Of a stretch of DNA of 64,000 bases, positions 41,142 through 51,300 are shown in pieces. Under the pieces are notes generated by a model. It was not told the origin of the DNA and made no database searches. It worked only from the letters and a program-made list of their open reading frames with translations. Location of the stretch: assembly GCA_942492175.1 (NCBI GenBank), contig CALODR010000009.1, positions 168,964 to 232,963 on the forward strand, read 5' to 3'. How positions within the stretch are numbered: the stretch's first letter is position 1; each line of letters opens with the position of its first letter. The DNA comes from an uncultured bacterium (GTDB lineage Bacteria > Acidobacteriota > Aminicenantia > UBA2199). Both the position numbers and the translations under genes were made by a program.

Positions 41142-42152
41142 TTATTCTCCTGAATTTATGATTGTTTTGATTGTAGACAGACTTAATTTATTACCGCTGA
41201 ATATCAACACTACATTTTTTCCCTCGAAATTTTTTCTTATCTTCAAAAATGATGCAAGAGAGAGTGCAGCGGCCCCTTCGATCATCATATTCGTCCGTTG
41301 GATCGCCATGATCAGTGCATCCCGGATCTCCTCTTCGCTGACCAGAACATATTCATCTACATGTTTCCGGCATATGTCAAATGTAAGCGAGCCGGGATCC
41401 ATGCCTCCTGCAGTACCGTCTGAAAGAGTCGGGAGTGATTTCAGGTCCACGATCTTTCCGGCTTTCACAGACTCAAACATTACCGGAGAGTTTTCAGGCT
41501 GGCATCCGATTATACTGATATGGGGAGCAACCGATTTTAAATATCCTGATATTCCCGCAGCGAGGCCTCCGCCCCCAATCGGGATGAATACGGCATCAAT
41601 ATCTTTGTTCTGATCCATCAGTTCAATTCCGATGGTTCCCTGTCCGCCGATCACATGAGGGTCATTGTAGGGAGAGACATAGAGCTTGTTCTCCGATTCG
41701 GCAACCCTGCGTGCCTCCGTTTCCGTTACTGCATTATCGGTTCCATGGAATATCAGATCTGCATCGTATGACCTTAACATTTCCAATTTTGCCTGATTGA
41801 TATTCTCCGGGACAAATATTTGTCCCTTTATCCCAAGTGCCCTCAGGGCATAACTGACTGCTGCGCCATGGTTCCCCGTGGATGCGGTGATGATCCCCTT
41901 GCTCTTCTGATCATCCGACATTGAGAGTAAGCTATTAAATGCTCCTCTCAATTTGAATGATCCGGTTATCTGTGTATTCTCAAGTTTGATGTAGACATTA
42001 CAATGGCATAATTTACTCAAATAGTGAGAGTGCTCCAGAAAAGTTTTTCTTATAGAGCCGCGGATCCTTTTTTCGGCTTCAACGACCTCTATGTATACAT
42101 TTTTTTTTACAAATTCTTTTCTGTTATCCATGTTGCTCTCCTTTGGTAACAC
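41142..42152 (-). CDS. PLP-dependent serine/threonine dehydratase-family enzyme (fold-type II)
   Basis: GSFKLRGAFN (Lys-PLP motif of the threonine dehydratase / serine racemase family); glycine-rich loop IGGGGLAAGI. 336 aa. First gene of the operon. Confidence 0.65.
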   Translation of the reverse strand: MLPKESNMDNRKEFVKKNVYIEVVEAEKRIRGSIRKTFLEHSHYLSKLCHCNVYIKLENTQITGSFKLRGAFNSLLSMSDDQKSKGIITASTGNHGAAVSYALRALGIKGQIFVPENINQAKLEMLRSYDADLIFHGTDNAVTETEARRVAESENKLYVSPYNDPHVIGGQGTIGIELMDQNKDIDAVFIPIGGGGLAAGISGYLKSVAPHISIIGCQPENSPVMFESVKAGKIVDLKSLPTLSDGTAGGMDPGSLTFDICRKHVDEYVLVSEEEIRDALIMAIQRTNMMIEGAAALSLASFLKIRKNFEGKNVVLIFSGNKLSLSTIKTIINSGE

Positions 42153-42455
42153 TTGACAAAAATAAATGACAGTAAAAAATAGAAATGGTATTTTGGAACA
42201 CCAATTATTGATCTTTTTTCCTGCATTTTGATCTCCATAATTAATTTTCTCAAATTAATTAGGGCATGCAGTTTGAACTGCAAGAAGCTGCTGTATTTCC
42301 CCGTTCTCTTCCCTAATGTCAGGAAACACAGAGGGTGATAATATGTCACCGGTCTTCCTCTGGGAATTTTTATATCACATCAAAAAGATCTTTTCAATAT
42401 GAATTTTCTGCTTTAGTGAAGGATACCTGCACCCTCAGCGAGTATTTGATTCCCT

Positions 42456-42497
42456 TTCAGGAATAAGTGCAAACAAGGTGTCTGTCCCCTTTTCGAA
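42456..42497. repeat. Extended copy of the repeat family upstream of the DEAD-box helicase gene
   Basis: CAGGAATAAGTGCAAACAAGGTGTCTGTCCCCTTTTCG shares CAGAATAAGTG...GTGTCTGTCCCCTTTT with the copy at 44438-44468. Confidence 0.7.
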
Positions 42498-42681
42498 TAG
42501 GTGTATGATTGAAATTGTGGTATACTTTAGTTTATTAGTGATATTTTTCGGAGAAGAAAACCCCCACATCAAAATAGATCTGGAGGGATAAATTCAATTC
42601 AGGTTCAAGTGAATCCGGTTATTTTTCAATTTTATCTGCTTACTCAGACGGGAAAGATCAGCTATTATTAAAGGAGAAGTA

Positions 42682-44404
42682 ATGGAAAAGAAGGGCTTTG
42701 AAGATATGGGACTGGACCCACGCATTGTTAAAGGGATCAGAGAGATGGGGTTTGAAAATCCCATGCCGATCCAGGAAAAAAGTTATACCTGTGCTTATGG
42801 AGAGGGAAGGAGATATGGTCGGTCTTGCTCAAACCGGGACAGGGAAAACTGCTGCATTCGGACTTCCACTGATCTCAAAAACAGATATTAACAACAAGAG
42901 TATTCAGTCAATAGTACTAAGTCCGACACGTGAGTTATGTATCCAGATAACAAATGATATAAAAAATTATTCAAAATACATTGAGGGATTCAAAGTTGTT
43001 GCGGTATATGGCGGTGCAAGTATTGAAGGGCAATTGAAAGATCTGAAAAAAAAACCTCAAATGATTGTTGCCACACCTGGAAGGCTTCTCGATATGATAG
43101 AAAGGAAGAGGATTGATCTGTCAAATATAAAATCAGTTGTTCTTGATGAAGCGGATGAGATGCTGAACATGGGTTTCAAAGAAGAGTTAAATGCGATCCT
43201 GGAAACAACTCCAAATTCAAAAAACACTTATCTCTTCTCTGCAACAATGCCTCGGGAAGTAACAAGAATTGCCTCGAGTTATATGAAGGATCCGGTGGAG
43301 ATCCAGGTCGGGAACCGTAATGCAGGTGCCGAGAACGTTTCTCATCAATACTATATGGTGCAGGCAAGCAATAAATACCGTGCTCTTAAAAGGATAGTTG
43401 ATATTAATCCCGATATATATGGAATTGTTTTCTGCAGGACAAGGTCAGATACAAAGGATATCGCAGAGAAACTTATTGTTGACGGTTATAATGCGGATTC
43501 TCTTCATGGTGATCTTTCCCAGGCACAGAGGGATTATGTAATGCATAAATTCAGGATGAAAAATCTCCAGATACTTGTCGCGACAGATGTTGCAGCCCGA
43601 GGATTGGATGTTGATGATCTTACTCATATTATTAATTATAATTTCCCGGATGAACTTCAGGCTTATACACATAGAAGCGGAAGGACGGGGAGAGCCGGGA
43701 AAAAGGGCGTCTCTATTGCGATAATGCATAAAAAAGAGAAACACCGGATCAAGCAGGTCGAGAATCTTATTGGGAAAAAATTTGAATATAAAAAGGTCCC
43801 GGATGGTAAAGATATTTGCGAAAAACAACTCTTCAGCATGATTGACAGAATGGAGAAAGTTGAAGTTGTTGAAACAGAGATCGAGCCGTATCTGGATGTC
43901 ATTTATAAAAAGCTTGACTGGTTGACAAAAGAGCAGGTCATAAAACAATTTGTGTCACTCGAATTCAATCGATTTCTGGAATACTACAAAGACTCTCCAG
44001 ATCTGAATATTGATAATACCGGAAGGCCGGGTAAGAAAGAGAGAGGCCGCGAGAGAGAAAGAGGGCCAAAACTGAATAAGGGTGATGTCACCAGGTTTTT
44101 CGTGAAGTCGGGGAAAAAAGATAAAACAGAACCGCCCCATATTATCGGAATGATCAATGATATGACCGGAACTAAGGATATTCAGATTGGAAAGATCGAA
44201 ATATTGAGTACTTTTTCATTTTTTGAAGTTGATGCCAACTCAACAGACAAAATTGTAAAAAACATCGACAAAGCAGAAGTGAAAGGTGTAAAAACTTATG
44301 TGGAAATTGCTGAGCTTCCAGGGTCATCCAAAAAGAGTAAAACACCACCAAGAAGACCTTTTCCGAAAAAGAAAAGATCAAAGGGAAAAATTAAAACATA
44401 TTAA
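42682..44404 (+). CDS. DEAD-box ATP-dependent RNA helicase (DeaD/CsdA-like with C-terminal DbpA-type RNA-binding domain); reading frame interrupted at an A6 run
   Basis: The N-terminus in frame 1 (42682: MEKKGFEDMGLDPRIVKGIREMGFENPMPIQEK) continues in the frame of ORF 42698..44404 (VIPVLMEG.DMVGLAQTGTGKTAAF, DEAD, SAT, HRSGRTGRAG). The shift is at AAAAAA 42776-42781. A long 5' leader precedes the gene. Confidence 0.75.
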
Positions 44405-44437
44405 CCCGGATTTACATTTCAAGAGTATTTAATTTTG

Positions 44438-44468
44438 GTTCAGAATAAGTGTCTGTCCCCTTTTTTTA
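44438..44468. repeat. Repeat-family copy directly downstream of the DEAD-box helicase
   Basis: CAGAATAAGTGTCTGTCCCCTTTTTTT, in the same orientation as the copy at 42456-42497. Confidence 0.7.
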
Positions 44469-44550
44469 TTAAGGATTTCATTTTCATAAAACAAGAAATA
44501 TCATTATATTGTAATTGACAAGTCGGTGACTTTTTCATATTTATAGCTAA

Positions 44551-45858
44551 GTGGAATGGATTCCCGGGACTAAAAAAATGAATATATTTAATAAGTTGGA
44601 TATTGGAGACGTACAAGAGTTTTATTTAAAAAAATTTCTCACTTCAGAGTCATTCGATTACATTTCAAAAGGGCAGGATTTTCGGCACGATCTAGATATG
44701 TCGAAATTTCACTGGCTTTTCTCGAACATTCCAGATGGATCACGGGTCCTTGATCTTGGCTGTGGCTGTGGTAATTTAAATTTTTTAAAAAGCAAATCCT
44801 GCTATCTGGCAGGTGTTGATATTTCACCTCTGAATTGTGAAAGAGCTCTTAAGAATGGATATGACCATGCTATATGTGCAGATTTAAAAGAAGTTCCGTT
44901 ACAATCTGATTCTTTTGATGTTGTTATTTCAATAGATGTTATGGGCCACATTGGTTTTGAAGACAAAGACAAGTGCATTTTTGAAATGAAAAGAATCCTT
45001 AAGAAGGGAGGAATAACAATTCATGGGATAGAAAGTGATAATGTGAATTACTCATCACTTTCCAAGAAAGAGTTAAAGCAATTTGTTGAAGTAGATGGCC
45101 ATATCGGTATGGAGGGTCAGAAGGAAAATGAAGAAAGATTTAAAAAATATTTCGATCATGTTGACAGCCAGTTCCAATTTAATATTCCGATGACAGCTGC
45201 AGAAATATTAAAACAGCAGAAAGAGTATCCCGAAAAATTCCAAATTGATCCCTATATCATAAACCGAATAAATAAATTTGACGGACATGAAAGGTATATT
45301 TGGAATTTGGCTATGGGGTTTGTATTTGAACGGATAATGGAATTCAGGCCTTATATAAAGGACCAATGGGGCTTCCTTTTATTAAGAGCATCTGAAGATC
45401 CCCTAAAAAAAGATAATTATGGATCTGCAGAAATCTCAGGATATCTGCGCCCTGTCTCTTTCGGTTCAGGGAATGATCTCTATCACATTCTGAACGGATT
45501 TCATGATCCGGAAGGTGATGGCTCTCTTGAAAATTCATACAGGTGGACAGGTTCTGAAGCAGAGTTCCAGGTACCGTCTTCTGAAAAATATCAATTATGT
45601 ATTGGTGCCAGCAGGCCGGAGGGAGCAAAACCGGCGAAATTCACTGTAAAGGTTCAGAATGGAGGATCCCTAAGCTTGAAATCTTCTGATGAAAAAATGG
45701 TATTTGATATAAAAGGTCCGATGGGGAACAGTACAGATCCCGTTGTTGTCACTATCAAAAGTAATACTTTTATTCCCGAAAGATTGGCAGTCCGGAAAAA
45801 TGAAAACGGAGATAAAAGGGAGCTTGGAATCCGTTTGTACTGGATAGACTGGATTTGA
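44551..45858 (+). CDS. Class I SAM-dependent methyltransferase with an uncharacterised ~230-aa C-terminal domain
   Basis: VLDLGCGCGNL (motif I), DVVISIDVMGH (motif II/III). The C-terminal half is unassigned. The start may be the Met at 44578. Confidence 0.55.
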   Translation: MEWIPGTKKMNIFNKLDIGDVQEFYLKKFLTSESFDYISKGQDFRHDLDMSKFHWLFSNIPDGSRVLDLGCGCGNLNFLKSKSCYLAGVDISPLNCERALKNGYDHAICADLKEVPLQSDSFDVVISIDVMGHIGFEDKDKCIFEMKRILKKGGITIHGIESDNVNYSSLSKKELKQFVEVDGHIGMEGQKENEERFKKYFDHVDSQFQFNIPMTAAEILKQQKEYPEKFQIDPYIINRINKFDGHERYIWNLAMGFVFERIMEFRPYIKDQWGFLLLRASEDPLKKDNYGSAEISGYLRPVSFGSGNDLYHILNGFHDPEGDGSLENSYRWTGSEAEFQVPSSEKYQLCIGASRPEGAKPAKFTVKVQNGGSLSLKSSDEKMVFDIKGPMGNSTDPVVVTIKSNTFIPERLAVRKNENGDKRELGIRLYWIDWI

Positions 45859-46048
45859 GTTACTTAGAGTTTAAAAATTTATTGTGATCTGATTTTTAAT
45901 AAGTTAAGTTAAAACCAGATTCCTCCCGTATTTCAATGTACCTGATTTTCTGGTTTCTATTCTTAAGCTATTGGAATGTCATAAGATTTTTAAACAGATT
46001 ACTTTGAATATTCGTAATATATATGTCAAATGTTTATGGAGGGATTTT

Positions 46049-47197
46049 ATGAAATCAAAAATTCTTGGAAATAATATTTTTTACTTTCTCATTTCAATTC
46101 TGACCATTGCGATAATATGTCTTTTTTTATTGTCAATGAACCTGCAGGGGAAGGTCGTGAATGAGGATAAACCTGAAAAGGGGACAGGTACCTTTAATAT
46201 TTTGGAACTTTGGCAGGTGAGTGAAGGAGAGGGGGATCCTTTTGGAAATATAAGATCTATCCTTATTTCAGAAGATGGGACCTTCTGCTGCCTTGATGAT
46301 AAGCTTAAGCGGATGTTTCTTTATGATAAGGATGGCAAATTCATTAAAGGTTTCGGGAAGACAGGAGAAGGCCCGGGTGAAATAAAATTGTTCAGGCAGG
46401 CCAGATTATATAATGCAGGAGATAAAATCGCAGTCCAGGATACTGACCGAATTCACTATTTTAACTGGAGTGGAGAATTTCTGGAGTCAATACCCAATTT
46501 GAAACAGAGAAGTCCCATACTATTTCTTGACCAATATAATTTTATTACTGCGCCAAGAGATATTCTGGCAACTCCTGAAGGTATCGCGGAGGTAAAGCAA
46601 ATAAATCTTAAAACCGGTAAAGCTAAGTTGATAACAAAATTTTCGATGTACAAAGGGGGGAGCATTCAAAATGAAAATAACCAGGCATCGATTATTGCCA
46701 ATGGACTTACCCCTTTGTTTGAGCTTGGGATATATAAAGACCGACTCTACTATGGGGTTAGTGACAAATATAGAATAGAAATTTCAGATATGACCGGTAA
46801 AGCAATCAGTGTCTTCGGGCTTAAAAGGGAAAAAACAAAAGTGACTGAAGAGGAGAAAGTAGAACCGATACTTCAGGCAGCCAAAGGACTGGCCCCGGAA
46901 GAACTGCTTAGAGATCTGGCAAAAAAATTACCAAATGAAGAAACTTTCTTTATTGATATTCAGTCCCATAATGGACTGATATGGGTGTTTGTACCTGACT
47001 GGAAACGTACAAACTCACGGCAAATTGATATTTTTTCTCCCGAGGGGAAATATCTTTTCAGACGATTTATAAAAACAGATGAAAATGAATCTATTTTTTC
47101 ATCCCCTTTGATCCACAAGAAATCAGTATATCTGGTAATACAGAATGAGGATGATGAATTTCGGGTGGCCAAATACAGCATAGATCTTCCAAAATAG
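46049..47197 (+). CDS. Six-bladed beta-propeller-like lipoprotein, paralog of 37380..38510
   Basis: Start moved to the ATG at 46049, 7 nt after GGAGGG. Signal/TM segment, GKTGEGPGEIK motif. Carries an in-frame copy of the intergenic repeat (EKGTGTF). Confidence 0.5.
   Translation: MKSKILGNNIFYFLISILTIAIICLFLLSMNLQGKVVNEDKPEKGTGTFNILELWQVSEGEGDPFGNIRSILISEDGTFCCLDDKLKRMFLYDKDGKFIKGFGKTGEGPGEIKLFRQARLYNAGDKIAVQDTDRIHYFNWSGEFLESIPNLKQRSPILFLDQYNFITAPRDILATPEGIAEVKQINLKTGKAKLITKFSMYKGGSIQNENNQASIIANGLTPLFELGIYKDRLYYGVSDKYRIEISDMTGKAISVFGLKREKTKVTEEEKVEPILQAAKGLAPEELLRDLAKKLPNEETFFIDIQSHNGLIWVFVPDWKRTNSRQIDIFSPEGKYLFRRFIKTDENESIFSSPLIHKKSVYLVIQNEDDEFRVAKYSIDLPK
46176..46196 (+). repeat. Intragenic copy of the GGGGACAGGTACC repeat
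   Basis: AAAAGGGGACAGGTACCTTT lies inside the CDS 46049..47197 and reads in frame as E-K-G-T-G-T-F. Confidence 0.7.
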
Positions 47198-47289
47198 AAT
47201 ATTTTGATCTAATGTCGGCAGATCTTCTTTGCTAATTCAGATAAAATAGTTTACAGCGCTCTCTGTCCGATCTGATGTGCGGCATCACA

Positions 47290-47817
47290 CTATTTTTTTA
47301 ATGCGGGTTTGTAGAAAGTCCACGACTGGAAGATCCATGCAATAATGTAAACAACTAAAAATGCAAGAGGAGCCTCATATCCTTTTGGCCTTTTGCTCAA
47401 CACTATTGATATCCATATGATACTTGATGAAATCCCTATCAGTCCGACCAGGATCAGATTAAATGCATTGTAAACTCTGCCGGTCAGAGGGAATTCGTTT
47501 TCATTAAATGCCTTTCGTATTATTGTATAGTGGATTGTATATATCAGTCCGCCGGCAATTATAATGGCAGTACCGATCTTGGCATTACCCGTATATCCGT
47601 TTTTAATCAGATCTGTGAACAGAAGAGAGATTCCGATAAGAATCAGATGGTAGGCGAGAGTTTTAAAATAGTAAACCAGAACTTTGATTCCAAGGCTGGG
47701 ATCAACTTTTTCTCCTTTGATTGATCGCCATCTTATAAACAAATATACTATCGGTCCCAGTGGAATAAGGATATATAAAAAATACATAAGTGGGAAAAGG
47801 CTCATATATGAGAACAT
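47290..47817 (-). CDS. Hypothetical integral membrane protein
   Basis: Five or six predicted hydrophobic helices. No family recognised. Confidence 0.35.
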   Translation of the reverse strand: MFSYMSLFPLMYFLYILIPLGPIVYLFIRWRSIKGEKVDPSLGIKVLVYYFKTLAYHLILIGISLLFTDLIKNGYTGNAKIGTAIIIAGGLIYTIHYTIIRKAFNENEFPLTGRVYNAFNLILVGLIGISSSIIWISIVLSKRPKGYEAPLAFLVVYIIAWIFQSWTFYKPALKK

Positions 47818-47971
47818 TGTTCCTCCTTTTTATTAATATTTAGCATGAGAAAATGGTAAAGGCAAACTGATCTACTGAAATCTTAAAGGTTTTTTGAATG
47901 ATTTCCTGTATTATTTGTAACTTTTTTTTAAAAATTTCGTCTTAATAAATGAATCCGGGCAAGGAGCAGCA

Positions 47972-50194
47972 ATGAACTATTTAAAAATATTTGCTTTTTG
48001 CATAGCTTTCCTCTTTATATCAAATTCAATATCAGCAGAAGAAAAAATTTTAGGTGAAGGAGTTACTTTAAATCCAGTGAAAACGGAAACACCCCCCAAG
48101 ATAGATGCAGTTCTTGATGATCCTGTCTGGCAGAAGTCCCCTGTCATTTCAGGATATTTTATTGCTAACAGGCCTGAGTACGGTAAAAAGTTGTCACAGA
48201 AAACAGATGTCTGGTTGTCCTATGATGAAGATAATATCTACTTTGCATTTTACTGTTATGATACTGAGCCCGATAAAATTAAAACCTCTGTGTCAAAGAG
48301 GGATGGTCTTTTCGGTGATGACTGGGTTGGAGTAGACCTCGATGCTATGGGGAACAGACAATCTGTTTATGAAATAATCTGTAATCCAAATGGGATACAG
48401 GCGGATCTTCTTAACACTGCATCCGGTGGAGAAACACTGGATCCGGACTGGGTATGGAATAGTGCCGGTAAGGTTGTGAAGGATGGATATATAGTAGAGG
48501 TCCGGCTCCCTTTAAAAAGTTTCGGATTTAAAAGTGGAGAAAATGTGACGATGCACATGGCCTTTTACAGGTTTATAAGCCGAACGGGAGAGAATTCGTC
48601 ATGGCCGCAGATCGACCAGAAAAAGGGATATTTCAGCTCGCTTACACCGGTAAAGTTTAAAAAATTAAATAAACAATTAAGACTTGAAGTTCTTCCTTCG
48701 ATCACATACGGACGAATTCAGGATAGGAAATCCCCTTCTTCATGGAACGGACCGGGTAGTTCAACACAGTTCGGATTCGGAGTAAAATATGGGATCACCT
48801 CTTCAATAAATCTGGAAATGACTGTTAACCCCGATTTCAGCCAGGTGGAGAGTGACCAGTTTCAGGTTGTTGCAAACCAGAGATACCCCCTTTTCTTTTC
48901 GGAGAAGAGACCTTTCTTTATGAGCGTTGGGAACCAGTTCAACCTTGCCGGTTTGAATGGTGAAGGAAATATGTGGACCGCCGTTCATACAAGGGAGATA
49001 GTAGAACCTTCCTGGGGAGGCAAATTGTCCGGTTCAAAAGGAAAGAGTTCGTTTGGAGTTCTATTTGCCAATGATGAGTGGGCAGGAAGGGAATATGAAG
49101 ATGAAGAGAACCCTCACCTGGGAGAGAATGCCGGTTTTTATCTTGGAAGATATAAATTAGGGTTGAAAGGGGGGAGTTATGCCGGTTTCCTCTATTCGGG
49201 TAGAGAGTTCGGAGAAGGATTCAACAGGGTTGTTGCTGCTGACCTGAAACTGATTGTCAAAGGGAAAAGTCAGATATCGATGAACGGGATATATACTTTT
49301 TCTAAAGATTCAGATGACCTGACAGAGAAAGATGGAGGGGCGTTTACAATGGTCTATGAATATTTTGATAAACCATTGGGGTTGTTCTTTATGCTTGAAC
49401 ACTATGACAAGGATTTCAGATTGGATACCGGTTATTATCAGAGGACAGGCGTGTCGAGATTTGTCGGTTATATAGGGCCGAAATTCTACCCGAAAAACGC
49501 AAAATCATCCTGGGTAAAACAGTTTAATCCTTTTGTTTACGGGTTTGTTCTCAGGGACAATGTTACCAAGAAAAGCGATTACCTGTTCTTTCCATCTTTA
49601 CGATTCTTCTTCTCCAGGCAGGCAAGCTTCAGGATAGATTACAGGTTTCTCAATGAGTTCTGGGCAGGTCAGGATTTTAAACAGAGTGAAGTGTATCTGA
49701 GTGGAAATTCCCAATTTACAAAATGGCTGAACGGTTCGATCTATATGCGGTATGGTAAAAGGCTCTATTATGATGAGGAAGATCCATTCACGGGAATGAG
49801 ACTGCGTCTTACACTTGAAGCAACGATCCAGCCAGGTGAAAAACTCAAACAGGACCTGGGGTATACCCATGAAAGTTTTATCAGAAGTTCTGATGATGAA
49901 AAGATCTATGATCTGGATATCGTTTTTTCAAGGACAACCTTTCAGGTAAACAAGTATTTATTCTTTAGAGCGCTTATTCAGTATGATAATTACAGCAAAA
50001 TATTCCTGACCGATTTGTTGGGTTCATTCACTTTAATCCCCGGAACTGTTATCCACTTCGGATACGGTTCACTGAATCAGAAACAATATTGGAACAGTGT
50101 AGATAATGTATGGGAAGCTGATGGTGCTATGGGAAAATATTATCAGAAAACGAGGAGCCTTTTTTTTAAGGCCAGCTATAATTACAGATTTTAG
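47972..50194 (+). CDS. Secreted CBM9-like / DUF5916-family protein
   Basis: Signal peptide; N-terminal CBM9-like segment (IDAVLDDPVWQKSPVISGYF..., DNIYFAFYCYDTEP); long beta-rich C-terminus. 740 aa. Confidence 0.5.
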   Translation: MNYLKIFAFCIAFLFISNSISAEEKILGEGVTLNPVKTETPPKIDAVLDDPVWQKSPVISGYFIANRPEYGKKLSQKTDVWLSYDEDNIYFAFYCYDTEPDKIKTSVSKRDGLFGDDWVGVDLDAMGNRQSVYEIICNPNGIQADLLNTASGGETLDPDWVWNSAGKVVKDGYIVEVRLPLKSFGFKSGENVTMHMAFYRFISRTGENSSWPQIDQKKGYFSSLTPVKFKKLNKQLRLEVLPSITYGRIQDRKSPSSWNGPGSSTQFGFGVKYGITSSINLEMTVNPDFSQVESDQFQVVANQRYPLFFSEKRPFFMSVGNQFNLAGLNGEGNMWTAVHTREIVEPSWGGKLSGSKGKSSFGVLFANDEWAGREYEDEENPHLGENAGFYLGRYKLGLKGGSYAGFLYSGREFGEGFNRVVAADLKLIVKGKSQISMNGIYTFSKDSDDLTEKDGGAFTMVYEYFDKPLGLFFMLEHYDKDFRLDTGYYQRTGVSRFVGYIGPKFYPKNAKSSWVKQFNPFVYGFVLRDNVTKKSDYLFFPSLRFFFSRQASFRIDYRFLNEFWAGQDFKQSEVYLSGNSQFTKWLNGSIYMRYGKRLYYDEEDPFTGMRLRLTLEATIQPGEKLKQDLGYTHESFIRSSDDEKIYDLDIVFSRTTFQVNKYLFFRALIQYDNYSKIFLTDLLGSFTLIPGTVIHFGYGSLNQKQYWNSVDNVWEADGAMGKYYQKTRSLFFKASYNYRF

Positions 50195-50253
50195 AAATCA
50201 CAATATTTGAGATTTTTTCTTTTTTTTATATATAATCATTACAGGAGAGTTTT

Positions 50254-50730
50254 ATGAAAAGAAAAAATCTTGTTGTATTTTTATCTTTAGTTCTTGTTTT
50301 AATAGTAATACCCACGCATATTTCGGCTATAGGTCCACTTGATATATATTTCCAGGGAGGATTGATTACTGATGACTCTATGAGTTTCAGTCCCCTTCTC
50401 TGGTCTGCAGGTCTCAATCTTGATTTTAAATTTGGAAATATGATGATGCTCAGCCCGGAGTTGAATATTGTTGTTAACGAGTTTGATTTTGATTATATAC
50501 TTCTGGAGCCGGCATTAACACTAAATTTCAGGCTGGCAAATTTTTTCGTGGGTGCGGGACTCACAAAGTTTTTTGAACTTGGTGATGATTTCTGGGCAAA
50601 CAAATTTTCACTGAAAGTTCATGGAGGGTTGAAACTTATTGGAATTAAATTACGTGTCTATATGATAATCCCCTTTGATGAATTATTTAAGCCTGCACTT
50701 TACGGCGGCACTATAGGTTTCGGTTTCTAA
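50254..50730 (+). CDS. Small secreted beta-rich protein (possible outer-membrane beta-barrel)
   Basis: Signal peptide; alternating hydrophobic pattern; C-terminal GGTIGFGF. Confidence 0.3.
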   Translation: MKRKNLVVFLSLVLVLIVIPTHISAIGPLDIYFQGGLITDDSMSFSPLLWSAGLNLDFKFGNMMMLSPELNIVVNEFDFDYILLEPALTLNFRLANFFVGAGLTKFFELGDDFWANKFSLKVHGGLKLIGIKLRVYMIIPFDELFKPALYGGTIGFGF

Positions 50731-51300
50731 TCACCAAGCTGATCTTTCAAGTTTTGTATTAAATTTTCCGGATAACATTGAACTCTGCTTAGACCCTTTT
50801 TTGCTCCTGAGTTCAAATTTCCCGCATACCGTTTTGTCTGTCATTTTTGTGATAATGACTTCTCCTTCTCTTATTCCAAGTGATACAATAACCCCTTTTT
50901 CCCCTTTGTGGAGTTTAACTTCTGCAAAAGCCCAGAACGGTTTTCCGTATCCCGAAGCTCCGGAGTAGGTCCCGGCAACAACCTCGTTTTTCCCATTTCT
51001 CAATTCGATGTCGAGGATGAACTGTTCTTTTTTAGTGATGGGGAGGACAAAGTCGTTCACAAGTTTCTTTATTGATAGACCTTCCATATTTGACAAGCTG
51101 ACAGTTAACTTGGTTCCTGCTTTATTAAGTTGTGCGCCGCTTGATCTTATTTTGCTGTGATCCAATGGGGATACTGCGTTAAAAGAGTCCATATTAGTTG
51201 CCATTTTGTTTATTATATTATTTTCAGGGCATGATTCTGCAGAAATAAAAAAGTTAAAAAGTATAGGAATAATAAATAATAATACAATTGTTTTTCTCAT
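50731..51300 (-). CDS. Secreted hypothetical protein
   Basis: Signal peptide. No family recognised. Confidence 0.3.
   Translation of the reverse strand: MRKTIVLLFIIPILFNFFISAESCPENNIINKMATNMDSFNAVSPLDHSKIRSSGAQLNKAGTKLTVSLSNMEGLSIKKLVNDFVLPITKKEQFILDIELRNGKNEVVAGTYSGASGYGKPFWAFAEVKLHKGEKGVIVSLGIREGEVIITKMTDKTVCGKFELRSKKGSKQSSMLSGKFNTKLERSAW

Noticed and set aside
42107-42349. An 80-aa ORF inside the long 42153-42681 non-coding region
   Set aside because: No ribosome-binding site. It overlaps the start of the PLP-enzyme gene on the same strand in another frame. More likely part of the leader or promoter region than a gene.
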